Below the pieces are notes generated by a model. That model was not told the DNA's origin. It saw only the letters and a list, made by a program, of their open reading frames with translations, and did no database searches. A stretch of DNA of 64,000 bases, from contig CAWVRN010000013.1 in NCBI GenBank assembly GCA_963932905.1, forward strand, positions 46,472-110,471, given 5' to 3'. The DNA is from an uncultured Bdellovibrio sp. GTDB lineage: Bacteria > Bdellovibrionota > Bdellovibrionia > Bdellovibrionales > Bdellovibrionaceae. A program made the position numbers and the translations under genes. This document shows positions 48,814 through 59,713 of this stretch, in pieces. Positions within the stretch are counted from its first letter, which is position 1. Each line of letters starts with the position of its first letter.

Positions 48814-51800
48814 ATGAATTTAATAGACATTTCAATTAAACGCCCCGTATTTGCCTGGATTTTAATGAGTGCGCTGATCATATTTGGCGCCGTCTGCCTG
48901 AATCGTATGGGAGTCAGTCAGTTGCCCGATGTGGATTTTCCAATTTTAGATATTTCTGTAAACTACGAAGGCGCTGCTCCCGAACTAATTGAAACAGAAA
49001 TTTTAGATCCGATCGAACAACGCTTGCTCAGCGTCGAGGGGATTAAAGAAATGAAGTCGTCGGCACGTCAGGGTACTGGTAGCGTGCGCCTTGAATTCGA
49101 TATCAACAGAAATATTGATGTAGCCCTTCAAGAAGTTCAATCCAACTTATCGCAATTAGTTCTGCCAAAAGAAATAGACCCACCAGTCATTAAAAAATCA
49201 AATCCCGAAGAAGATCCCATCATGATGCTTGGAGTTTATTCGGGGGACACGAAACTAAATATGATCAAATGGTTAGATAACTACTTTCTAGATCAAATTC
49301 AGTTTATTCCCAATGTTGGCGAAGTTTCTATCGCCGGTTTTTCTGTACGAAATTTACGTGTGTGGGTAGACCCCGTTAAACTACGAAGAAATGATCTAAC
49401 GATTGTCGATGTTCTAGAGGCCATTTCTACTCAACATATCGAATCCGCAGCAGGTCAGTTTGTGCATATGTCACAAGAACTGCGCGTGAAATGGCAAGGC
49501 GAACTTTTAAATATCAAAGAATTTGGTGACATCAGAATTTTAAAACGGGGCGGACAGACAGTTCAGCCCAATGCAGCTCTTAAAATCAAAGACGTTGCCA
49601 CCGTAGAAGAAGGCTTAAGTGACGTTCGGCGACTAGCCCGTATCAACGGCAAAGATGCTATTTTTGTCAGTGTAAAAAAACAACGTGGTACAAATGAAGT
49701 TAAACTAGCAGAATCTGTTCGTAAAAAACTAGAAACAATGAAATCGCAGTTTCCTGAAGGGTACACGGCACAGGTAAATATTGATTTTACCCTGCCAACT
49801 AAAGCCACCGTGTTTTCGACCCTAGAAAAACTGGTGATCGCGGGTTTAATCACGATTGTTATTTGCTTCCTATTCTTGGGCAGCATTCAGTACGCTGTAA
49901 ACATTTTGTTTTCCATCCCGACATCGATTCTAGGTGCGTTCATCATTTTATACTTCTCGAAAATGACCTTAAATCTATTTACGTTGCTGGCCCTGACTCT
50001 TGCTATTTCCATAGTGGTGGATGATGCCATCATGTTACTAGAAAATATCGTGCGGCACTTTAGGATGGGAAAAAGCCCAGCCAAAGCGGCGTCTGATGGA
50101 TCCAAGGAAATTCTACCGTCGGCCATTGCCGCATCACTATCGGTTATCGCAATCTTCCTTCCCGTCATTTTCATGGATGGAATTTGGGGCAAATTTTTCT
50201 ACCAATTTGGCGTGACCATGTCTGCAGCCATTTTGTTATCGCTACTAGAAGCCGTTACAATCACGCCGATGAGGGCGGCGGCGCTCCTTTCGTCAGATCA
50301 AAAAATTTCTAAATTTGAAAAATATGTAGACCACGTTTCTGAAAAGGCCTCTCATGGCTACCAAAACCTTTTGAAGTTTTGTTTAAAATATCCAAAATCG
50401 ATCGTGTTTACTTCGCTCATCGTATTTGCGATTTCGTTAAAACTGATTCCATCAGTTAAAAAAGAACTTCTCCCCCCGCAAGATCAAAATATTATTTTAT
50501 TAATAGCAACAACAACCCCGGGAAGTTCACTCGATTCAACACAGAAAAAGTCATTCGAGATCGAAGACATCATTAAAAAACGTTCCGAGATCGCAGGTTA
50601 CATAGTCAGCGTGGGGTTAGGTGGATTAAGTCCGACGGTAAATAACATCAGTATCCCAATGTACCTAAAACCAAAAGAAGAACGATCTCTATCCCATTTG
50701 AAAATCATGGATGAACTTCGAGAGAGTTTCAAAACCATCAAAGGTGTGAGAATTCAAATGCGTGATATTTCATCGCGCGGAATTACCTCTGGCCGATCGT
50801 TTCCGGTTGCGTTCAACTTGCGTGGACCTGACTTGATGGTGTTAAAAGAAAAAGCCGATGTTATAATGAAGAAACTCGCCGAAATGCAAATCGCCCAGGA
50901 TTTAGATACAGATTTTAAGCTAGGTTTACCGGAGTTAAAAATCACTCCGAAATCTCAAGGGGAATTGTACAACCTGGGTTTAACAAAACAGGCCATCAGT
51001 ACGACACTTGCGGCATCGGTCGGTGGTATTCGCCAGGGTCGTTATACCGCCGATGGTAAACGTTATGATATCCGCGTAAAAATCCCGGAAACAATAATTA
51101 ATTCCGAAGACGAAATTGGGTCGTTGGGTGTACGCAATATCGTCGGCAATATCATGTCGCTCTCTAGCGCCGTGAATTTAGAGAAAATTGGGTCTATGCA
51201 AACCATCACGCGAATCAATCGTCAACGTACGGTTTCTGTGTTCGGTTCGTTGCTGCCGGGTGCATCGCAAAGTGATATCTTGAAAAAAGCTCAAGAAATT
51301 GCCGAGGCCGAATTACCGGATGGATACAGTTTTGCTCTGGAAGGAGCGGCGTCAGGTTTGAACGAAGCGTTTACAACGTTAACTTCAGCATTGTTCATCG
51401 GTATCATTGTAGCCTATATGATCCTTGCGATTCAGTTCAACTCATTCATTCATCCGGTTGTGATCTTGATTGCCTTACCATTTAGTATAACTGGTGCGTT
51501 CCTTGCCTTGTATCTAGCAGGTGCTTCGTTAAATCTATTCAGCTTTATCGGGATTATCGTTCTGATGGGTATCGCGAAGAAAAATTCGATTCTACTGGTC
51601 GAATTCACCAATCAGATGCGGGACAAATATGGCTTGAAGAAAGACTACGCCAACAGTAAAGATCGCGCTTTAGTTGAAAAATCCCTATTAGAAGCCTGCC
51701 CGGTTCGCCTTCGTCCAATCTTGATGACATCAGTAGCGACAGTATTTGCGGCGCTTCCATTAGTACTAGGTAATGCGATGGGATCTGAAACCCGCTTGCC

Positions 51801-51933
51801 AATGGGGCTAACGATTATCGGGGGCAGTATTGTATCGACTATCTTTACGTTATTTGTGGTGCCGGCTTTGTATCTTATGATGAGCCGCTTAGAATCGGCG
51901 AAACCGTTAGAAGATGATATTCTGCACCACTAA
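48814..51933 (+). CDS. RND efflux permease (AcrB family)
   Basis: IKRPV, PDVDFP, VVDDAI..ENI, KKNSILLVEF, RLRPILMT. Confidence 0.95.
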   Translation: MNLIDISIKRPVFAWILMSALIIFGAVCLNRMGVSQLPDVDFPILDISVNYEGAAPELIETEILDPIEQRLLSVEGIKEMKSSARQGTGSVRLEFDINRNIDVALQEVQSNLSQLVLPKEIDPPVIKKSNPEEDPIMMLGVYSGDTKLNMIKWLDNYFLDQIQFIPNVGEVSIAGFSVRNLRVWVDPVKLRRNDLTIVDVLEAISTQHIESAAGQFVHMSQELRVKWQGELLNIKEFGDIRILKRGGQTVQPNAALKIKDVATVEEGLSDVRRLARINGKDAIFVSVKKQRGTNEVKLAESVRKKLETMKSQFPEGYTAQVNIDFTLPTKATVFSTLEKLVIAGLITIVICFLFLGSIQYAVNILFSIPTSILGAFIILYFSKMTLNLFTLLALTLAISIVVDDAIMLLENIVRHFRMGKSPAKAASDGSKEILPSAIAASLSVIAIFLPVIFMDGIWGKFFYQFGVTMSAAILLSLLEAVTITPMRAAALLSSDQKISKFEKYVDHVSEKASHGYQNLLKFCLKYPKSIVFTSLIVFAISLKLIPSVKKELLPPQDQNIILLIATTTPGSSLDSTQKKSFEIEDIIKKRSEIAGYIVSVGLGGLSPTVNNISIPMYLKPKEERSLSHLKIMDELRESFKTIKGVRIQMRDISSRGITSGRSFPVAFNLRGPDLMVLKEKADVIMKKLAEMQIAQDLDTDFKLGLPELKITPKSQGELYNLGLTKQAISTTLAASVGGIRQGRYTADGKRYDIRVKIPETIINSEDEIGSLGVRNIVGNIMSLSSAVNLEKIGSMQTITRINRQRTVSVFGSLLPGASQSDILKKAQEIAEAELPDGYSFALEGAASGLNEAFTTLTSALFIGIIVAYMILAIQFNSFIHPVVILIALPFSITGAFLALYLAGASLNLFSFIGIIVLMGIAKKNSILLVEFTNQMRDKYGLKKDYANSKDRALVEKSLLEACPVRLRPILMTSVATVFAALPLVLGNAMGSETRLPMGLTIIGGSIVSTIFTLFVVPALYLMMSRLESAKPLEDDILHH

Positions 51934-51978
51934 AAGTGCAGAATTAATTTTTAAATCAGAAATAGTAGACTGAAACAA

Positions 51979-52200
51979 TTAATTGCCAGCGCGTTTTTTA
52001 CGACGTTCTTGGCGATTTTCCTGACGAGCTTCCCGTCTTTCTTTGCGATTATCTTGACGCATTTTACGGCGCTCTTTGCGATTTTCTTGGCGGTCTTCAC
52101 GACGCTCTTGACGATCTTCTTGATTCGCCAATGCGACTGAAGAATAAGTCATCGGTGCAACAAAACTTAAAACTAAAAGTGCTGTAAATAAATGTCTCAT
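51979..52200 (-). CDS. Small secreted protein with R/E/Q repeats
   Basis: AGGAG RBS, signal peptide, (QE)(D/N)R(Q/K)ERR repeats. Confidence 0.7.
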   Translation of the reverse strand: MRHLFTALLVLSFVAPMTYSSVALANQEDRQERREDRQENRKERRKMRQDNRKERREARQENRQERRKKRAGN

Positions 52201-52251
52201 AGAAAGCTCCTTGTTGGTTATGCTTGCTAATAGATATACAATCCAAACGAC

Positions 52252-52278
52252 AAAAAATTACAGGGGTTTTAGCCCCTT
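52252..52278 (-). terminator. Putative intrinsic terminator after glnS
   Basis: AGGGG/CCCCT stem followed on the minus strand by TAATTTTTT. Confidence 0.4.
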
Positions 52279-52292
52279 GTCTCAGATTGAGA

Positions 52293-53951
52293 TTAGCTAA
52301 GTTCTACGATGCGATTAAATACAAGGGCGCCTGGCTTTGAATCCACGCTATCCAAACAAAAATAACCCGTTCTCTCGAATTGATATTTCTTAGAATGGTC
52401 AGCGTCTTTTAAGCTGTTTTCAAGTTTAGCCGTTTTTAATACAGTTAACGAGTTTGGATTTAAATTCACTTTAAAATCCTTACCTTCTGGTACGTTTTCA
52501 GGATCTGGGCGATTAAATAACCGACCATACAAACGAATCTCTGCATCCACACTGTGCCTTGCTGACACCCAATGAATAATGCCTTTGATTTTTTTACCTT
52601 CTGCTGTTGGTTTGCCATGCAAAGTAACGGGATCATAAGTACATTTTAATTCCACCACCTTACCCGCAGAATCTTTAATGACTTCTTCGCAACGAACGAC
52701 GTACGCATTTCTTAAACGCACTTGTTGTCCTGGGGCCATTCGGAAAAAATCTGAACTTGGATTTTCCATAAAATCATTACGATCAATATATACTTCGTTA
52801 CAAAAATAGAGCGTACGTTTTCCGTAGGCTTCGTTTTTAGGATGGTTGGACACCGATAACTCTTCAGTTTTTCCAGCATCATAATTTGTGATTGTGACTT
52901 TGATAGGATCTAAAACCACCATCGCACGGTAAGCGATGCGATCTAAATCTTCCTTCACACAATCCTCAAGGATTTCCACGTCGATCAAACTCTCAGCTTT
53001 AGCTACACCAATCCGTTTCGCAAAATTTCTGATCGCTTCCGCTGTGTAACCACGACGACGAATTCCTGAAATTGTTGGCATACGGGGATCATCCCATCCG
53101 CTGACTAATTTTTCTTTCACTAATTGTAAAAGCTTACGTTTACTCATTACAAGATAGGTCATGTTCAATCGTGCAAACTCATACTGACGCGGCTTTGCCG
53201 GCACAGGGACATTGTCGATGCACCAATCATAGAACGGACGATGATCTTGGAATTCCAGTGTGCAAATAGAATGCGTGATTTTCTCAATGGCATCACTTAG
53301 TGGATGAGCATAGTCGTACATGGGATAAATGTTCCACTTGTTACCTGTATTATGATGGTGAACTTTTTTAATTCGGTATAACAAAGGATCGCGCAAATTC
53401 ATATTAGGCGATTGCATATCGATTTTGGCACGTAGAGTATGAGTACCATCCGCGAACTCACCATTTTTCATTTTTTCGAATAGTTCTAAATTTTCCGCGA
53501 CTGTGCGATTACGAAATGGCGAATCTTTTCCAGGGCGATTAAAATCACCACGTGTTTCTTTTACTTGTTCTTCCGTTTGGCTATCCACATACGCTTTGTT
53601 TTCTTTGATAAGGTAAACGGCCCAGTCGTACAATTGCTGGAAATAATCCGAGGCATAGAATAAATTATCGTTCCAATCAAAACCCAGCCATTTAACATCG
53701 GCTTTGATAGATTCTACGTATTCGACATCTTCTGTTACAGGATTTGTATCATCGAAACGTAAATGGCAACGACCGTTGTAATCGTTGGCTAAACCAAAAT
53801 TTAAACAAATCGATTTGGCGTGACCAATATGCAAATACCCATTCGGTTCGGGCGGAAAACGCGTAACGACCTGACCACCATGCGTGTTGTTTTTGATATC
53901 TTTTTCTACGATTTGTTTTAAAAAATTTTGTGCTTCTGTCTTTTGTTCCAT
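52293..53951 (-). CDS. glnS: Glutamine--tRNA ligase
   Basis: TRFPPEPNGYLHIGHAKSI, MSKR, GWDDPRMPTI, QFERTGYF. Confidence 0.98.
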   Translation of the reverse strand: MEQKTEAQNFLKQIVEKDIKNNTHGGQVVTRFPPEPNGYLHIGHAKSICLNFGLANDYNGRCHLRFDDTNPVTEDVEYVESIKADVKWLGFDWNDNLFYASDYFQQLYDWAVYLIKENKAYVDSQTEEQVKETRGDFNRPGKDSPFRNRTVAENLELFEKMKNGEFADGTHTLRAKIDMQSPNMNLRDPLLYRIKKVHHHNTGNKWNIYPMYDYAHPLSDAIEKITHSICTLEFQDHRPFYDWCIDNVPVPAKPRQYEFARLNMTYLVMSKRKLLQLVKEKLVSGWDDPRMPTISGIRRRGYTAEAIRNFAKRIGVAKAESLIDVEILEDCVKEDLDRIAYRAMVVLDPIKVTITNYDAGKTEELSVSNHPKNEAYGKRTLYFCNEVYIDRNDFMENPSSDFFRMAPGQQVRLRNAYVVRCEEVIKDSAGKVVELKCTYDPVTLHGKPTAEGKKIKGIIHWVSARHSVDAEIRLYGRLFNRPDPENVPEGKDFKVNLNPNSLTVLKTAKLENSLKDADHSKKYQFERTGYFCLDSVDSKPGALVFNRIVELS

Positions 53952-54009
53952 ATAAATCCTACTAAGTGCTTAACAAGTTTAACTTTTTATGTAATTAAAC
54001 TCAAACTAA

Positions 54010-54678
54010 ATGATTCAAACTCTATTTCAACATGACGACTTTGCTATTGTGAACAAACCCGCTGGTCTGAGCGTCCACAATGATTCGGATTCTTTGATCC
54101 ATCAGCTTGGTAAAGGATGGCATCTTGTAAACCGTATCGATCGTGAAACTAGCGGCTTGGTCGTCGTGACACAGAAATCAGATCTTCAGAATCAGATCCA
54201 GCTCGCATTAACTCAAGGTAAAAAGTTTTATTCTGCCGTATTGAGGGGAAATATGCCACGCCAGTCCGAAGGACTGCTCAGTGACTCGACGTCTGGACTA
54301 TGGAACGAATGGACCTACCCGATTTCTGATCAAGGCGAGGGGCGTGAAACACCGCAAGGCAAACCAGAAGACCAAAAGGAGTCAAAAACTCTTTATACCG
54401 TGATTCAGTCCAATCCCTATTTTTCGGCCGTGCACTGTCAGCTGGTAACAGGTCGACAGCATCAAATCCGCAAACATAGTCGACTTGCTGGCCGCCCCAT
54501 AGTGGGCGATCCACGTTATGGTAATGCTAAGGATAACGAAAGAATTGCAAAGATGTATGGTTTTCATCGAATGGCTTTGCATTCATGGAAACTAGATTTT
54601 ACTTGGCAAGGCGATCACATCACGTGTGAGTCACCCGTTCCAGATTCATTCAGCCAGCTTTTCGCAACTAACCCTTAA
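54010..54678 (+). CDS. RluA-family pseudouridine synthase
   Basis: VNKPAG, NRIDRETSG, TGRQHQIRKH, PIVGD..YG, LHS. Confidence 0.92.
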   Translation: MIQTLFQHDDFAIVNKPAGLSVHNDSDSLIHQLGKGWHLVNRIDRETSGLVVVTQKSDLQNQIQLALTQGKKFYSAVLRGNMPRQSEGLLSDSTSGLWNEWTYPISDQGEGRETPQGKPEDQKESKTLYTVIQSNPYFSAVHCQLVTGRQHQIRKHSRLAGRPIVGDPRYGNAKDNERIAKMYGFHRMALHSWKLDFTWQGDHITCESPVPDSFSQLFATNP

Positions 54679-55310
54679 AGAGGATTCTTCGGAGTCTCTG
54701 ACCCTAATGCCGGTTTCGTAGAATCTGAATTGATTTCCATTTTAGTGTATTCCACTTTTGTGCGTTTATTATTTAGATGATTTTCTGACGTAATCACGTG
54801 CGCGCGCCAAACTTTGTCTTTTATTTTTTTATATTCTAGATACTCGATAGTCGAAATTTTTTTATTGCCGTTATAGTAGTCCACTTTCACTGGATAAAAA
54901 TTCTTTTTATCGTAGTACACTAAAAAGTGACTTAAGCTGTTGTTCTGCGTTTTCACAGCGGTGTAGGTGATATGATAAGCTTTGCTCATTCCGAATGGAG
55001 TGGGAATATCAGAATTGAAAAATGAATACGCTAAAACCTCGGCGCTTAAACCCATCTTTTGAAATTCGCTAACATCCACTGTTTTTGAGCCAGCTAGGTC
55101 CTGTATGCTAAGTGAGGCCGGGTTCAAATCACTGACTGTATACCTATAAGATTGAACTTTATCTGAACCTGATTGAGTGACTTTAATCTCTGCGACTTCG
55201 GTCTTGGCTCGAAGAGCATTCAGGACTTTGGATCTAAGTTCCGCGTTTGTTTGTGCTTTTGCTTCGGAAAACATGAGATTAAGAAGAAAAAGTATTTTTT
55301 TGATTAACAT
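54675..55310 (-). CDS. LolA-like / lipoprotein-sorting-like periplasmic protein
   Basis: Signal peptide; PVKVDYY, EYKKIKDKVWR, NHLNNKRT. Confidence 0.5.
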   Translation of the reverse strand: MLIKKILFLLNLMFSEAKAQTNAELRSKVLNALRAKTEVAEIKVTQSGSDKVQSYRYTVSDLNPASLSIQDLAGSKTVDVSEFQKMGLSAEVLAYSFFNSDIPTPFGMSKAYHITYTAVKTQNNSLSHFLVYYDKKNFYPVKVDYYNGNKKISTIEYLEYKKIKDKVWRAHVITSENHLNNKRTKVEYTKMEINSDSTKPALGSETPKNPL

Positions 55311-55492
55311 GGTCGGTCCCTTAGTGATTCTCTTAGGACCTTTGTCGGCCAGTTTTTGGTCCGGCTTAAGGGGAAAATACAGAGATTTTTACTGGACCAT
55401 AGGCCTATCATGTCGCATCTTTCGACACTCGTGAAATTTGTCGGTGGCAAAAATTTAGACATCGCGAAGAAACGTTATCTATGAAATAAACA

Positions 55493-57457
55493 TTGGTTTT
55501 GAACCCTACTCCAAGGAGTCCTATGCGCTCGCATCACCTAGCCGCATTCGCTACGCTTTTTTTCTCGGCATTTAGTTTTGCCCAAATAAATTATAATGCT
55601 CAATCACACACTTTATCTATTGATGCCTCCGGAAGAAATGGATCTGATGGCAGTAGTGGATCATCGTCCTACTATTCACGCGGCAATTCGGGACAAGATG
55701 GTGACAATGGCGCCGATGGTGGCAATGTCATTTTAAGTTTACAATACTCAAACGCTACAAAAACCAAAGTTGACGTAGCTGTCCAGATCCCAAATCAAGG
55801 CGTCGTTTTTAAAAACGAATACAGTTTAAGCGAACTAAAGAATATCACCATTGATGCGCAAGGTGGTAACGGTGGTGATGGGGGCGACGGTGGACGCGGC
55901 AGTGACGGTCGTGATGGATCTGATGGCTGGGCGGGGTGCCCTCCATCGACAGGTTCAAACGGTCAAGATGGCGATGACGGCGGAAGCGGTGGTCATGGAG
56001 GTGATGCGGGTCGTGGTGGTCAAATTCAAATTTTCGTTCCCGAAAACCAATCTGAATTATTGATGTTAGTTAAATCTATAGACAACTCGGCTGGGCGCCC
56101 TGGTGATGGCGGCAGCGGTGGCCGTGGCGGTGATGGTGGCGACGGCGGTGATGGCGGCAGAAACACATGTGAAGAAGGTGGATCTTCTGCGTGGGACGGC
56201 AATGATGGATCTGATGGTCGCACGGGCAGTAGTGGTTCTAGCGGTCGCAATGGTCAAGATGGATCACACGCGTTTGTACTATCAGGCACAAGTTATCCAG
56301 AGATGTACAACTTGGTTATCCAAGGGGTAGAATACCAAGATGAAAATGCAGATGGCATCATCGAATACGGCGAAAAAATTAATATTTTAAAAATGAAATT
56401 GGTGAACACATCATCGATGCCATCACCAAAAGAAATTCAAATCGTTGGATTGAATGGACTAGCACCTGAACTTATGTGGGTAAATTCCCAGTCCTCTTTA
56501 CCGATTAAATCACTGGCTAAGGGCGAGGTCATCGAAATCCAATTCCCTGCTGGATCAATGCAATTGCAAGCAATGGAAATGAAAGTACTTACTGATACGC
56601 CAACTCGTATTCCGCTTGGCTACGAAAAAGCGGCCCTGCTTGGATTCTTTAATCACCTTCCGGGCGCAGCCATTAAGCGCGTTGGAACACTTTCGGTCAC
56701 TCGTCCAAAAGAAAAAATGTATTGGGCGCAAACACGTACAATAGATATTACAGTGATTAACCAAACCTCGAGTCCAATCGGTAAAGGCAGCCAACGCCCG
56801 GTTTGGTTAAAAGCCAAACTAAAATCAAAAGTTGTAACCCCAAAAGATATCAAATTATCTTACGAGAAAATGGACGTAGCTTTTGATAACAATGGTGAAG
56901 CACTGATTGAACTCGCACAATTAAACAAAGGCGCCAATGCGATCAAGCTAGATCTTGTTGTCGGCAATCGTTCTGAATTATTTGCCGAAACGGATCTTGA
57001 ATTTAGCTTAGTAAAATCGGCTCTTTTACCTTCAAACCCAGCCAGCAAACAAGTCGTCGACATTAAATCGACCAGCGTATCTATCGCTAAGGATCTATTG
57101 GCGGAGGCGCACTCATTTACTTTACCTGTAAAAGAAAAAATATATTGCACGTTCGGCCCCAAAAATAGTCGCCGCCGTGTAAAACAGATTGTGATTACAA
57201 AGCAAGCTAATAGTCCAAATGTGGAATTTAACTTAACGTTGTCGCAGCTTGTATTTTTCAAAAAACAGTTGCCTAAGGTATATCAAGGTCGTCACGACTT
57301 ATCGTCGTACCTTGAAGACTTACAAGCGAAAAAACTGACAGGTCCAAAATTAGTTGAATTCCTAAATAGATATGTCAAACCAGGCACAGCTACGACGCTA
57401 GGAAGTTCACAACCTCAATGGGTTATTAGCAATTGCTTTGAAAAGACTAAAAAGTAA
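55493..57457 (+). CDS. Secreted glycine-rich (GxxG repeat) protein
   Basis: Signal peptide (likely from MRSHH), GxDG/GGDGG arrays, DENADGIIEYGE Ca-loop-like, beta-rich C-terminus. Confidence 0.8.
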   Translation: MVLNPTPRSPMRSHHLAAFATLFFSAFSFAQINYNAQSHTLSIDASGRNGSDGSSGSSSYYSRGNSGQDGDNGADGGNVILSLQYSNATKTKVDVAVQIPNQGVVFKNEYSLSELKNITIDAQGGNGGDGGDGGRGSDGRDGSDGWAGCPPSTGSNGQDGDDGGSGGHGGDAGRGGQIQIFVPENQSELLMLVKSIDNSAGRPGDGGSGGRGGDGGDGGDGGRNTCEEGGSSAWDGNDGSDGRTGSSGSSGRNGQDGSHAFVLSGTSYPEMYNLVIQGVEYQDENADGIIEYGEKINILKMKLVNTSSMPSPKEIQIVGLNGLAPELMWVNSQSSLPIKSLAKGEVIEIQFPAGSMQLQAMEMKVLTDTPTRIPLGYEKAALLGFFNHLPGAAIKRVGTLSVTRPKEKMYWAQTRTIDITVINQTSSPIGKGSQRPVWLKAKLKSKVVTPKDIKLSYEKMDVAFDNNGEALIELAQLNKGANAIKLDLVVGNRSELFAETDLEFSLVKSALLPSNPASKQVVDIKSTSVSIAKDLLAEAHSFTLPVKEKIYCTFGPKNSRRRVKQIVITKQANSPNVEFNLTLSQLVFFKKQLPKVYQGRHDLSSYLEDLQAKKLTGPKLVEFLNRYVKPGTATTLGSSQPQWVISNCFEKTKK

Positions 57458-57471
57458 GTTATATCTGAGCG

Positions 57472-58575
57472 GTGTCTGAAGCCGCTTTTAACTCTATTCG
57501 CTTTATCTGTTCTGGCGACGAATATTACGACCTGATAGTTGATGAAATTAATCAAGCTCAGGTCGAAGTCCAAATGGAAAGCTACATTTTTGATTTCGAT
57601 GCCATCGGTAAACGAATACTGATGGCTTTGGCAGATGCACGCATCCGCCAGGTCAACGTACGCCTGATGGTAGACGGTATTGGCAGCCTGACTTCGATCA
57701 ATCAAATACGCACCTATTGCGACGCTCAAGGCATCGAATTCCGCGTCTACCGAGCCTTACCCTATATTGGCTCTATCTTAAAACACTTCACTCGATTTCT
57801 AAAAGTCACAAATCGCCGTAATCATCGCAAGATTGTTGTCATCGACAAGAAAACAGCGTTTGTGGCCAGCTATAATGTATCCAAGGTTCATTCAGAAAAG
57901 GAAAGTGGATCTGCTGCCTGGAAGGATCTAGCCGTATTAGTCAAAGGCCCCGAGGTCGCAAAGATTTCCTCATTAGCCAATGCCTATTGGTTGCGCTTTC
58001 CATTTTCAATGATGAGGCAACATAAACGCGTAGTTTTCGAACGCGTGCGATCAACTCATTCGATGGCGTCACGTCGACTAGCAAAACGCCAGTTAATTGA
58101 CCGGATGAAAACGTCAACCCAACACGTTCGTATTCTAACCCCTTACTTTGTACCTTCGAAAAAAGTCATTCGTGCTCTTGTTACTTCGGCAAAAAATCAC
58201 GGCGTAGTGGAAATTATTGTTCCGAATCGAAGTGATTTTATTATCGTCGATTTAGCAGGCCGATATGTCCTTAGAAAATTACTTAAATACAATATTCAAG
58301 TTTATCAATATCAACCTAGCTTTATGCATGCCAAGGCCATTATCGTCGATGAGTGGGCGACAATGGGCAGTCATAATTTAAATCATCGCAGTCTAGTGCA
58401 TGATTTAGAAATGGATATTATTTTAGAAGGCCGCACCGAATTGCAACCCCTTGAAAATTATTGGGAACACCTGCGATCACAATCTCGTCTTGTTTCCAAG
58501 TCAGAAATTGATCAGGATTCGTTCTTGATTCGGCAGTTGTGCCGTTTCTCTTTTTGGTTTAAAAATTGGTTATGA
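57472..58575 (+). CDS. cls: Cardiolipin synthase / PLD family (ClsB-like)
   Basis: Two HKD motifs: HRKIVVID and HAKAIIVD; TPYFVP. Confidence 0.88.
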   Translation: MSEAAFNSIRFICSGDEYYDLIVDEINQAQVEVQMESYIFDFDAIGKRILMALADARIRQVNVRLMVDGIGSLTSINQIRTYCDAQGIEFRVYRALPYIGSILKHFTRFLKVTNRRNHRKIVVIDKKTAFVASYNVSKVHSEKESGSAAWKDLAVLVKGPEVAKISSLANAYWLRFPFSMMRQHKRVVFERVRSTHSMASRRLAKRQLIDRMKTSTQHVRILTPYFVPSKKVIRALVTSAKNHGVVEIIVPNRSDFIIVDLAGRYVLRKLLKYNIQVYQYQPSFMHAKAIIVDEWATMGSHNLNHRSLVHDLEMDIILEGRTELQPLENYWEHLRSQSRLVSKSEIDQDSFLIRQLCRFSFWFKNWL

Positions 58576-59312
58576 AATATAAGTTTATTACTTTTAACAT
58601 TCATAAAGCACGTTCGACCTTTTTACTGAACAACACGCTGATAAAAATCAAAGAAGCCACTCATTCGCTACCCGTTGATTTCATGTTTATTCAGGAACTA
58701 GTCGGCGAAGGTGCTGATTTTATACCTAAGGAATATAACGACAAAGTTTCTTCGCAAATGGAAATCCTGGCTGATTCAATTTGGACAGATCATTGTTATG
58801 GCAAAAACGCGGTCTTTAAAGATCGCCATCATGGCAACGCTATCCTGAGCCGCTTTCCCATCGGGAAATGGGAAAATGAAAATATCTCTACCAATAAATG
58901 GGAACAACGCGGCCTACTTCATTGTGAAGTTCCGTTAGACAATGGTCAGATTCTACATCTATTCAACGTTCATTTAAATTTGCTGCACGATGAACGCGTG
59001 AAACAAGTCGAGCGAGTGATCGCACGCTATTCAAAGCTAATCCCACCGGACGCACCATTTATTTTAGCTGGCGATTTTAACGATTGGGGAAAAGAACTCT
59101 CTCATTACCTGGAATCAAAACTGAATTTGTTTGAATGTCACAAACAGCTTAAAAACAAATATGCCAAGACTTTCCCTAGCTTCTTCCCAATGTTGAGTTT
59201 AGATCGCATTTACGCCCGAAATATTAAACCCGTTCATGTCGAAACATTATCTTCAACGCCATGGAATTTACTTTCTGACCATCTACCAATGTACCTTGAA
59301 TTTGAGCTTTAG
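58566..59312 (+). CDS. Endonuclease/exonuclease/phosphatase (YbhP-like)
   Basis: TFNIH, QE, GNAILSRFP, AGDFND, LDRIY, SDHLP. Confidence 0.9.
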   Translation: MVMKYKFITFNIHKARSTFLLNNTLIKIKEATHSLPVDFMFIQELVGEGADFIPKEYNDKVSSQMEILADSIWTDHCYGKNAVFKDRHHGNAILSRFPIGKWENENISTNKWEQRGLLHCEVPLDNGQILHLFNVHLNLLHDERVKQVERVIARYSKLIPPDAPFILAGDFNDWGKELSHYLESKLNLFECHKQLKNKYAKTFPSFFPMLSLDRIYARNIKPVHVETLSSTPWNLLSDHLPMYLEFEL

Positions 59313-59713
59313 ATATTAATCTGCAATAGACGCAGCTCTTCGATTCTGGATTTCGTAATTGATATTAAACAGTCCTTAATTAATTGAGCACGCGTATCTT
59401 CGTCAGAAACGTGAATAGATTCTAAATCACAATAAGAAGTGCGATAGCTTTCCCACGACTTGGCATACTTATTTATTTTCGCCTTTAGATTTTTGGCGCG
59501 CGCAGGATCTTTTTTTGCGTATTTAAATTCGATACGGCTATAAATTCGGGTCATCACAAAATCTTTCAAATCTTCAAATTCTTTTATATCGTCATCCATG
59601 CACAAAATCATGGAAACGGTTTCCATTTTGGCTGTGCATTGCGGTAGCTGAGCCGTCTTAGCCTGAACCTGACTAAGTATTAAGAAAAGAAGTCCAAAAA
59701 TAGTTAAACGCAT
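59309..59713 (-). CDS. LprI/DUF1311-like secreted protein
   Basis: Signal peptide; C...M..C, W..YR...C, C....T..RI.EL. Confidence 0.65.
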   Translation of the reverse strand: MRLTIFGLLFLILSQVQAKTAQLPQCTAKMETVSMILCMDDDIKEFEDLKDFVMTRIYSRIEFKYAKKDPARAKNLKAKINKYAKSWESYRTSYCDLESIHVSDEDTRAQLIKDCLISITKSRIEELRLLQINI

